Source: Rhodospirillaceae bacterium (GTDB lineage: Bacteria; Pseudomonadota; Alphaproteobacteria; Rhodospirillales; 2-02-FULL-58-16). From it: a stretch of DNA of 45,819 nucleotides. The translations under genes were made by a program, and so were the position numbers. The DNA lies in contig DUZD01000001.1 of the NCBI GenBank assembly GCA_013349695.1, positions 1 through 45,819 of the forward strand, in the 5' to 3' direction. The notes under the pieces are model-generated. The model did not search any database. It was not told the DNA's origin and worked only from the letters and a program-made list of their open reading frames with translations. This document shows, piece by piece, positions 39,254 to 45,819 of this stretch (position 1 is its first letter; each line of letters starts with the position of its first letter).

Positions 39254-40169
39254 ACGGCGCGGCAAACCGATTAACGGCTGGCTGATCATCGACAAGCCGG
39301 CGGGGCTGACGTCGGGCGCCGTCGTTGGAAAGGTGCGCAAGCTGACCGGCGCCGCCAAAGTTGGCCACGGCGGCACTCTCGATCCGCTGGCAACCGGCGT
39401 TTTGCCGATCGCCCTGGGCGAGGCCACCAAAACGGTTTCCTATGCCTTGAACGGGACCAAGGTTTATCGTTTCACCATCCGCTGGGGCGAGGCGCGCGAC
39501 ACCGACGACGCCGATGGCGAGGTAACGGCTTGCAGCACCGTCCGCCCCGCCAAGGACGAAATCAAGCAGGCTCTGGGCATGTTCACCGGCGAGATCGACC
39601 AAGTGCCGCCGATCTATTCGGCGATTAAGGTGGACGGACAGCGCGCTTATGCCCTGGCCTATGCCAAAAAGCCGGTGAACCTGGAATCCAGACCTATCCG
39701 CATTCATCGGTTCGAACTTTTGGACCAGCCCGACGCCGATCATGCCACCTTCGAGGTGACCGCCGGAAAGGGAGCTTACATGCGCGGCCTTGCCCGCGAT
39801 CTGGCCTGTCACCTGGGAACCGTCGGACACGTCGCGGCGCTTCGCCGCCTCGCCGCCGGACCATTTAGCGAAGAGCAAGCGATTCCCCTGGATAATCGTG
39901 GGGTTATGGGGCATAGTGCGGCGCTTTTTGAAAATCTGCTTCCCGTCGAGGCGGCGCTGGTCGACATCCCGGCCTTGGCCTTGACGGAAGCGGAGGCCAA
40001 GCGCCTGCATCACGGTCAGCCCATATCGGTGCTGCCAGTGGCAAATCGTTCACCCATCAGGAACGTCCCCCATGGCGCCGTCGTTTGCGCCATGGCCGGA
40101 AACAAAGCGGTGGCTTTGGCTACAATCACAGGCGGCGAGATTTGCCCCCTACGTGTCTTGAACTTGTAA
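39243..40169 (+). CDS. truB: tRNA pseudouridine(55) synthase
   Basis: INGWLIIDKPAGLTSGAVVGKVRKL...KVGHGGTLDPLATGVLPIALGEATK (catalytic Asp motif). Overlaps the rbfA end by 11 nt. Confidence 0.95.
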   Translation: MGRKRRGKPINGWLIIDKPAGLTSGAVVGKVRKLTGAAKVGHGGTLDPLATGVLPIALGEATKTVSYALNGTKVYRFTIRWGEARDTDDADGEVTACSTVRPAKDEIKQALGMFTGEIDQVPPIYSAIKVDGQRAYALAYAKKPVNLESRPIRIHRFELLDQPDADHATFEVTAGKGAYMRGLARDLACHLGTVGHVAALRRLAAGPFSEEQAIPLDNRGVMGHSAALFENLLPVEAALVDIPALALTEAEAKRLHHGQPISVLPVANRSPIRNVPHGAVVCAMAGNKAVALATITGGEICPLRVLNL

Positions 40170-40184
40170 AAACCGGAGTACTCG

Positions 40185-40454
40185 ATGTCGATTGCCGCGG
40201 AGCGCAAACAGGAACTCATCAGCGAGTTCGCAACGACGAATGGCGACACGGGATCGCCCGAGGTGCAGGTGGCGATCTTGAGCGAACGGATCACCAACCT
40301 CACCGAACATTTGAAAGCCCACAACAAGGATTACCACTCGCGCCGCGGTTTGTTGATGATGGTCAGCCGGCGCCGGCGTTTGCTTGACTATCTGAAAAGA
40401 AAAAAAATTCAACGTTATGAAGGACTGCTCAAACGATTGGGCTTGCGCCGATAA
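40185..40454 (+). CDS. rpsO: 30S ribosomal protein S15
   Basis: [52 protein letters not shown]. Confidence 0.95.
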   Translation: MSIAAERKQELISEFATTNGDTGSPEVQVAILSERITNLTEHLKAHNKDYHSRRGLLMMVSRRRRLLDYLKRKKIQRYEGLLKRLGLRR

Positions 40455-40462
40455 GAACCTTG

Positions 40463-40506
40463 GAGCGCATCGGGATTGATTGGAATCATTTAGTCCCGAT
40501 GCGCTC
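40463..40506 (+). terminator. Long hairpin after rpsO (terminator and/or pnp-leader processing site)
   Basis: gagcgcatcggga (40463-75) / tcccgatgcgctc (40494-506) form a perfect 13-bp stem with an inner tgatt/aatca extension. No strong U tract follows. The position matches the rpsO terminator / pnp leader hairpin known in other bacteria. Confidence 0.5.
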
Positions 40507-40727
40507 TGATTGTGGTGAGAGCCGCAATCCGCCGCGGCGGCGGGGGTTAAGCCCGCGTGGCGTTTGAACGCCGATTGATCGCATGAGTGGGATCAATCCT
40601 GAAATGCTTTAGAGCCCGCCGCCATTGTGGTGGAAGCCTTTTCCGGGACAGCCGATGGCGCATCCGGTGGCTGGAGGCAGGGAAAACCGGTCCGGGAGTC
40701 TACGTCGGTACGCTGGAAGCGAGATAG

Positions 40728-42863
40728 ATGATGTTTAAGGAATTCAGAAAAGAAATCGAATGGGGCGGCCGCCGCCTCGTCCTGGAGAGTGGCAAGATCG
40801 GCCGCCAAGCCGACGGCTCCGTCATGGCAAGCTACGGTGAAACCAAGGTGTTGTGCACGGTCGTCGGCGAGAGGGTTCCTCGCCAGGGGATCGATTTTTT
40901 TCCCCTTTCCGTGCATTACCAGGAGAAGACCTTTGCCGCCGGCAAAATCCCCGGCGGCTTTTTCAAGCGCGAAGGCCGGCCCAGCGAAAAGGAAACGCTC
41001 ACCTCGCGCCTGATCGACCGGCCGATCCGCCCCCTTTTCGCCGATGGCTACAAAAATGAAACCCAGATCATTTGCACGGTCCTCTCCCATGACATGGAGA
41101 ACAACCCGGATATCGTCGCCATGATCGGCTCGTCGGCGGCGCTGACTCTTTCTGGGTTGCCGTTCATGGGGCCCATCGGCGGATGCCGTGTCGGCTATAT
41201 CGCCGGCGAGTACGTGCTCAATCCGAAAACCGAAGAGTTGTCGGCGAGCGAGCTCGATATAGTGGTTGCCGGAACAACCGAAGGCGTGCTGATGGTCGAA
41301 TCGGAAGCCAAGGAGCTTTCGGAAAAAGTCATGCTGGACGCGGTGATGTTTGGCCATAAGGCCATCCAGCCGGTCATCGAGGCCCTCATCGAACTGGCGG
41401 AAGCCTGCGCCAAGGATCCCTGGGAGCAATCCCCGCCGCCCGCCGGCAAGCAGGAAATCACCGAACGGGTTGCCGCGATGGCCGGGGACGGCCTGCGCGA
41501 GGCCTACGACGAAAGCGACAAAATAACCCGCCTCGACAAGGTGGCGGCCATCAAGGAACAAACGACGGCGGAATTGAACGCCGACGAATCCATCGACCGG
41601 GAGTTGCTGGCGGAGATCATTGGGGAGGTCTTCAAGGATTTGGCGAAGGGCATCGTCCGCCGCAATATTCTCCAAACCGGACGGCGTATCGACGGTCGCG
41701 ACACCAGCACCGTCCGCTCCATTGCCGCCGAAGTGGGGCTGCTTCCGCGCGCCCACGGCAGCGCCCTTTTTACCCGCGGCGAGACACAGGCGATTGTCGT
41801 CACGACGCTCGGAACCGGGCATGACGAGCAGCGCATTGACGCCCTCGATGGTGACTACTACGAGCATTTCCTGCTGCACTACAATTTTCCGCCCTATTGC
41901 GTTGGTGAAGCCGGCCGTTTCGGTTTTACCGGCCGCCGCGAGGTCGGCCACGGCAAGCTGGCCTGGCGGGCCATTCATCCCATACTGCCAAAAAAGGAGG
42001 ATTTCCCTTACACCATTCGGGTGGTTTCGGAGATCACCGAATCCAACGGTTCGTCCTCCATGGCGACCGTCTGCGGCACATCGCTGGCGTTGATGGACGC
42101 GGGCGTCCCGTTAAAGCGCCCGGTGGCCGGCATTGCCATGGGTTTGATCAAGGAAAACGACGGCGTCGCCGTGCTTTCCGATATTCTCGGCGACGAGGAT
42201 CACTTGGGCGACATGGACTTCAAGGTGGCCGGCACCGAGCAGGGCATCACATCCCTGCAGATGGACATCAAGATCACCTCGATCGCCGAGGACATCATAA
42301 GGGAAGCCCTGACGCAGGCCCGCGAAGGACGTATGCACATCCTGGGCGAGATGGCCAAGGCTCTTGCCGGCGCCCGCGACAACGTCAGCGAGAATGCCCC
42401 ACGGATCACCGTGATCACCATCAACCGGGATAAAATCCGCGAGATTATCGGCCCGGGCGGCAAGATGATCCGCGAAATCTGCGATACCACCGGCGCCAAA
42501 GTGGATGTTGACGACGACGGCACGGTGACGGTCGCGGCGGTCGACGAGAAAGCCTCCCAGGCCGCCGTCGATTGGATCAAGAGCATCACCGCCGAGCCCG
42601 AGATCGGAGCGTTCTATACAGGCAAGGTGGTGAAAACCGTTGATTTCGGGGCTTTTGTCAACTTCTTGGGCAGCAAGGACGGTCTCGTTCACATCAGCGA
42701 ACTGGCGCCCAGGCGGGTCAATAAAACCACCGACATCGTCAACGTCGGCGATATGGTGAAAGTCAAGCTGATCGGCATCGATGACCGGGGCAAAGTCAAG
42801 CTGTCGATGAAGGCGGTCGATCAAAGCACCGGCGATGATATTTCGGGCCAGGCGTCGCGATGA
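40728..42863 (+). CDS. pnp: Polyribonucleotide nucleotidyltransferase (PNPase)
   Basis: Two RNase PH domains (GRQADGSV...; [13 protein letters not shown]...[12 protein letters not shown]), a KH domain ([11 protein letters not shown]) and an S1 domain ([15 protein letters not shown]). Confidence 0.95.
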   Translation: MMFKEFRKEIEWGGRRLVLESGKIGRQADGSVMASYGETKVLCTVVGERVPRQGIDFFPLSVHYQEKTFAAGKIPGGFFKREGRPSEKETLTSRLIDRPIRPLFADGYKNETQIICTVLSHDMENNPDIVAMIGSSAALTLSGLPFMGPIGGCRVGYIAGEYVLNPKTEELSASELDIVVAGTTEGVLMVESEAKELSEKVMLDAVMFGHKAIQPVIEALIELAEACAKDPWEQSPPPAGKQEITERVAAMAGDGLREAYDESDKITRLDKVAAIKEQTTAELNADESIDRELLAEIIGEVFKDLAKGIVRRNILQTGRRIDGRDTSTVRSIAAEVGLLPRAHGSALFTRGETQAIVVTTLGTGHDEQRIDALDGDYYEHFLLHYNFPPYCVGEAGRFGFTGRREVGHGKLAWRAIHPILPKKEDFPYTIRVVSEITESNGSSSMATVCGTSLALMDAGVPLKRPVAGIAMGLIKENDGVAVLSDILGDEDHLGDMDFKVAGTEQGITSLQMDIKITSIAEDIIREALTQAREGRMHILGEMAKALAGARDNVSENAPRITVITINRDKIREIIGPGGKMIREICDTTGAKVDVDDDGTVTVAAVDEKASQAAVDWIKSITAEPEIGAFYTGKVVKTVDFGAFVNFLGSKDGLVHISELAPRRVNKTTDIVNVGDMVKVKLIGIDDRGKVKLSMKAVDQSTGDDISGQASR

Positions 42864-42991
42864 TCCTGGCAGGGGGTGAAATGGCGGGGAAGCGTGACTA
42901 GATACTTATTATGAAAATCGCCATGCGCCGCCGGAATCCCCTGATCGAATCGGGCAACGACCGGCATAAAACATTTTGAGGGCTTGTTCTA

Positions 42992-44389
42992 GTGAAGCCT
43001 CTTGAACCCATGGTCATATCGGGGCGCGAAGTCCTGCCCCTGGTCGAAGGCGGCAAAGGCATCGCGGTTTCCAACGGCGAGAGCGCCGGCGCATGGGTGG
43101 CGGCCGGAGCTGTCGGTACGGCTTCCGCCATCAACGCCGATTCCTATAACCGGCAAGGAGACCCGATCAAGCAGGTGTATCATGGCAAGACGCGGCGCAA
43201 GCGCCAGGAGGAACTGATCGCCTACGCCATCCGGGGCGGCATTGCACAGGCCCGGATCGCCCATGAAACATCCGGCGGCAAAGGCCCTTTGCTTATGAAC
43301 TTTCTGTGGGAAGCCGGCGGCACCGCCAGCATCCTGCAAGCCATCCTGGAAGGGGCCAAGGGTTTGGTTCACGGCATTGTTTGCGGCGCCGGCATGCCCT
43401 TCCGGCTGGCCGAAATCACCAGCAGGTACAAAGTCTATTATTACCCCATCATTTCATCGGCGCGCGCCTTCAGCGTGCTTTGGAAGCGCGCCTATCACAA
43501 TTATGCCGACTGGTTCGGAGGGGTGGTCTACGAGGATCCCTGGCTGGCCGGCGGACACAACGGGCTTAGCAATTCCGAAACCCCCGATTCTCCCCAGGAT
43601 CCTTTTTCCCGGGTCCGCGAACTGCGCGCCGTCATGCGGGGCATCGGTCAAGGCGAGACGCCCATCTTCATGGCCGGCGGCTTATGGTTTTTGCGGGACT
43701 GGCAGGATTGGGTCGGCAACAAGGAACTGGGGCCCATCGCTTTCCAGTTCGGGACGCGGACAATCCTGACCCAGGAAAGTCCGGTTTCGGAAAAGTGGAA
43801 GAAAAAACTCCTCTCCCTGAAGGAAGGAGACGTGCTTCTCAACCGGTTCAGCCCCACCGGCTTCTATTCGTCGGCGGTCAGTAACAGTTTCCTTGCGGAA
43901 CTGGTGGAACGGAATAAACACCAAGTGTGTTTTTCCCGGCGGCCGACGAACGAATACACCGCCGCGCTGCCCGTCGGCGCCCGCGGCCGGCTGGTCTATC
44001 TCATGCCCGACGACAAGGCCCGCGCCGACGATTGGATCGCCAAGGGATTCACCGTGGCCATGAAAACCCCCGAATCCACCCTCATTTTCGTGACCCCGGA
44101 AAAATCCACGGAAATCCTTACCGATCAGCGAGATTGCATGGGCTGTTTGTCTTCCTGCAAGTTCAGCAATTGGTCCCAAAACGAAAACGGCTCTACCGGC
44201 AAGAAAGCGGATCCCCGGTCGTTTTGCATCCAAAAGACCTTGCAGTCCATCGCCCATGACGGAGGCCTGGAGGACAACCTGATGTTTTCCGGCCACAACG
44301 CCTATAAGTTCGCCACCGATCCGTTTTACGATAACGGTTTCATCCCCTCGGTCCGGCAACTGGTCGAGCGGCTTCAAACCGGAGATTGA
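42992..44389 (+). CDS. Nitronate monooxygenase (NPD/NMO, FMN-dependent)-like oxidoreductase, long form
   Basis: LPLVEGGKGIAVSNG...GIVCGAGMPF...PIFMAGGLW...FQFGTR fits the NMO/2-nitropropane dioxygenase TIM-barrel pattern. The 465 aa include an extra Cys-containing C-terminal region. GTG 42992, or ATG 43010 as an alternative. Confidence 0.75.
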   Translation: MKPLEPMVISGREVLPLVEGGKGIAVSNGESAGAWVAAGAVGTASAINADSYNRQGDPIKQVYHGKTRRKRQEELIAYAIRGGIAQARIAHETSGGKGPLLMNFLWEAGGTASILQAILEGAKGLVHGIVCGAGMPFRLAEITSRYKVYYYPIISSARAFSVLWKRAYHNYADWFGGVVYEDPWLAGGHNGLSNSETPDSPQDPFSRVRELRAVMRGIGQGETPIFMAGGLWFLRDWQDWVGNKELGPIAFQFGTRTILTQESPVSEKWKKKLLSLKEGDVLLNRFSPTGFYSSAVSNSFLAELVERNKHQVCFSRRPTNEYTAALPVGARGRLVYLMPDDKARADDWIAKGFTVAMKTPESTLIFVTPEKSTEILTDQRDCMGCLSSCKFSNWSQNENGSTGKKADPRSFCIQKTLQSIAHDGGLEDNLMFSGHNAYKFATDPFYDNGFIPSVRQLVERLQTGD

Positions 44390-44493
44390 ACACTCTCCGC
44401 CAATTCCCGAAAGCGCGGTTGGACTGAACGGCGGACGCTTTAGTCCGTGTGTCTGGTCGCTTGATGCAGTCTTTATGACTATCCTTCCCGTAG

Positions 44494-44518
44494 GGTCGGC
44501 ATGGGACCGATCTTTTTT
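44494..44518 (+). terminator. Weak intrinsic terminator candidate after the NMO-like gene
   Basis: ggtcgg (44494-99) / ccgatc (44507-12) form a 6-bp stem including one G-U, followed by tttttt (44513-18). Confidence 0.4.
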
Positions 44519-44547
44519 CATCACCAGGAAGGGGACTATCGTCGCCG

Positions 44548-45006
44548 TTGAGAAAGGGGATGCTAAATTCACGAACCAAGTTATCGAGATTCCAGTTGGT
44601 ATTTGAAAAAATTTTACGGATTAAAGCCCCGGACCACCTTATGCGAGCTTGTGCTTCCCTGCCCGCGCTGGTCGCGGAGCTTTACAGGAGCGAGGAAGAA
44701 AAACCGGAAAACAGGGACTTGTTGCGGCAGCTCGTCGGCATTATCCATGGCTTCCAGCCGATAATCTGGTATGCGCCCTGCGAAGCAATTGGCGATGCTG
44801 TCCTAAAGGTCCGGGAGGCAGTGTCCCTCGCCGAGGAAATCAATGCGGAAGCCCTGCCCGCCGTCCAGGAGGACATCGATCACATCGCCACACTTTTGGA
44901 AGCTGCGCTCCCCTTCATCAAGGCGGCGGCCGGCATGAAGCGGGAGGGCTTTGCAGGGGATTACTTCGCCGGCTACCCCAAGGAAGACGCCGCGGGAGCA
45001 TCTTGA
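44548..45006 (+). CDS. Orphan hypothetical protein
   Basis: Open frame of 152 codons in a lower-GC segment. I recognise no motif. The start is ambiguous (TTG 44548, ATG 44560, ATG 44641) and none has a convincing RBS. Confidence 0.4.
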   Translation: MRKGMLNSRTKLSRFQLVFEKILRIKAPDHLMRACASLPALVAELYRSEEEKPENRDLLRQLVGIIHGFQPIIWYAPCEAIGDAVLKVREAVSLAEEINAEALPAVQEDIDHIATLLEAALPFIKAAAGMKREGFAGDYFAGYPKEDAAGAS

Positions 45007-45032
45007 AAAAACCGGTCGGGTGCGGTGACTGA

Positions 45033-45134
45033 ATGAATTGCCCCGCATGGTCGCCGGAGCAGATCGCAGGCATGCTCAGGCTCGAAGGATCAGAGCACAG
45101 CTTCAGCGTCGAGACAATCTGCCATAGACACGAA
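45033..45134 (+). pseudogene. IS30-family transposase fragment
   Basis: WSPEQIAGMLRLEG..HSFSVETIC matches the conserved WSPEQISG.L...IS.ETIY block in the middle of IS30-type transposases. There is no HTH region upstream or DDE domain downstream. The rest of the 96-aa track ORF is unrelated AT-rich sequence. Confidence 0.5.
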
Positions 45135-45463
45135 CCCTTTTTTCGAGCATTGCGCCCGAAAATTCGCCAGATGTTGCGAAGCAACATTCAGCTTAATGGT
45201 TGGGTTGCATTTAAAAGAAAATATCCGATGAGTACGAGTGTGATGATGAAGGCGAAGACTGGGTGCCCGGTGGAGAATTCCTTGTGGCCTATGTGGTCTA
45301 TCATCATGTTGATAACTGTCTAATATGAAGTTGAGAGTTGGCCTTTATATTGACGTAGATGAAATTTCCCAGCGCGCAACGGCGATTTGTTCAACGCAGC
45401 ATTGCATAAAGCGCATGGCTGGAAAACGCATGGCCAAGTCTCTTAAAGCACCGTTCCGCCAAC

Positions 45464-45631
45464 GTGCTGATAAAGCAGCACGGCGGCAGGGCGCCTATCC
45501 ACGCGGCGCTGAGAGCCGGTGAACTCCTTGAGGCCGGCGCCATGGAAGGCAAGGCTGTGTGGGTGCGGATCGCGAAGGCGGTTGAAGTGCTGCTTTCGCA
45601 TAAGCAGGCAGACGGCGCGGCTATCCATTAG
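45464..45631 (+). CDS. Small hypothetical protein (55 aa from a GTG), possibly 5'-truncated
   Basis: The frame reads ...NAWPSLLKHRSANVLIKQHGGRAPIHAALRAGELLEAGAMEGKAVWVRIAKAVEVLLSHKQADGAAIH*. It resembles small helical proteins I recall from alphaproteobacterial mobile DNA, which I could not verify. It is open from a TAA at 45407, with no ATG/GTG/TTG before 45464. Confidence 0.3.
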   Translation: MLIKQHGGRAPIHAALRAGELLEAGAMEGKAVWVRIAKAVEVLLSHKQADGAAIH

Positions 45632-45775
45632 GCCGGCAATCTGAATTGAGATGGTCGGCTTACGGCCACAAAGCAGACCTTAAACGCCGCCTCCTGAAAC
45701 CGCCGTTAATGACCCAGGCTGTGTAAAAACGGGATGCATGATATGATTCTCCCATAGTTTTAGCGGGAGGTCTTT

Positions 45776-45819
45776 ATGAAGCGTTTTGTTGAGGGAGAAG
45801 ACCGCAGCCAGAGCACTTT
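45776..45819 (+). CDS. IS1182/IS5-superfamily-type transposase, first 14 codons, runs off the window
   Basis: MKRFVEGEDRSQST matches the characteristic N-terminus (MKRF.EG.DR.Q..L.PE.LDD) of these transposases. RBS gggagg lies at 45765-70. Confidence 0.6.
   Translation, partial: MKRFVEGEDRSQST

Noticed and set aside
45188-45307. A 39-aa minus-strand ORF, MMIDHIGHKEFSTGHPVFAFIITLVLIGYFLLNATQPLS, with one TM-like helix (type I toxin-like).
   Set aside because: There is no Shine-Dalgarno sequence upstream. It lies in AT-rich DNA where hydrophobic codons arise by chance, and there is no recognisable antitoxin RNA context. Too speculative.
1-45819. A search by eye for CRISPR arrays, rRNA, tRNA, tmRNA, retron-like or toxin-antitoxin/defence gene pairs.
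   Set aside because: I saw no regularly spaced direct repeats, no tRNA cloverleaf candidates and no defence-type domain combinations. The macro-domain protein is a stand-alone YmdB-like enzyme with a convergent neighbour, not a DarTG-like pair.

Overview
GC-rich alphaproteobacterial chromosome segment. MucR/Ros, an Irr-type Fur paralogue and the block tsaB ... miaB-phoH-ybeY-corC-lnt, XRE-metK-trmB, rimP-nusA-infB-rbfA-truB-rpsO-pnp suggest a Rhodospirillales/Rhizobiales-like organism; this taxon call is inference. The window is almost entirely core housekeeping: gatCA, ruvX, a PfkB adenosine kinase, two GT9 glycosyltransferases flanking a SAM methyltransferase and ampG, a macro-domain deacetylase, mutS, glnD, murJ, trpS, an Nfu/NifU protein, a peptidoglycan-remodelling trio, and the operons above. 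I found no rRNA, tRNA or CRISPR array, and no convincing new multi-gene system. The observations worth a second look are small-scale. (1) A 261-bp nested-palindrome MITE/RIME-like element abuts a GT9 start codon, with two more diverged relatives within 10 kb. (2) A terminator/antiterminator-like leader sits directly upstream of metK. (3) An AT-rich 550-bp intergenic island contains a 27-nt inverted-repeat pair. (4) There are apparent gene-decay or replacement events: a truncated rimI displaced by tusA-like plus mucR, an AEC transporter stub, and no ylxR between nusA and infB. (5) The right edge after 44.4 kb is accessory DNA with an IS30 fragment and the start of an IS1182/IS5-type transposase. 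Start codons were chosen by eye from conserved N-termini. Many long track ORFs are antisense or read-through artefacts of high GC.
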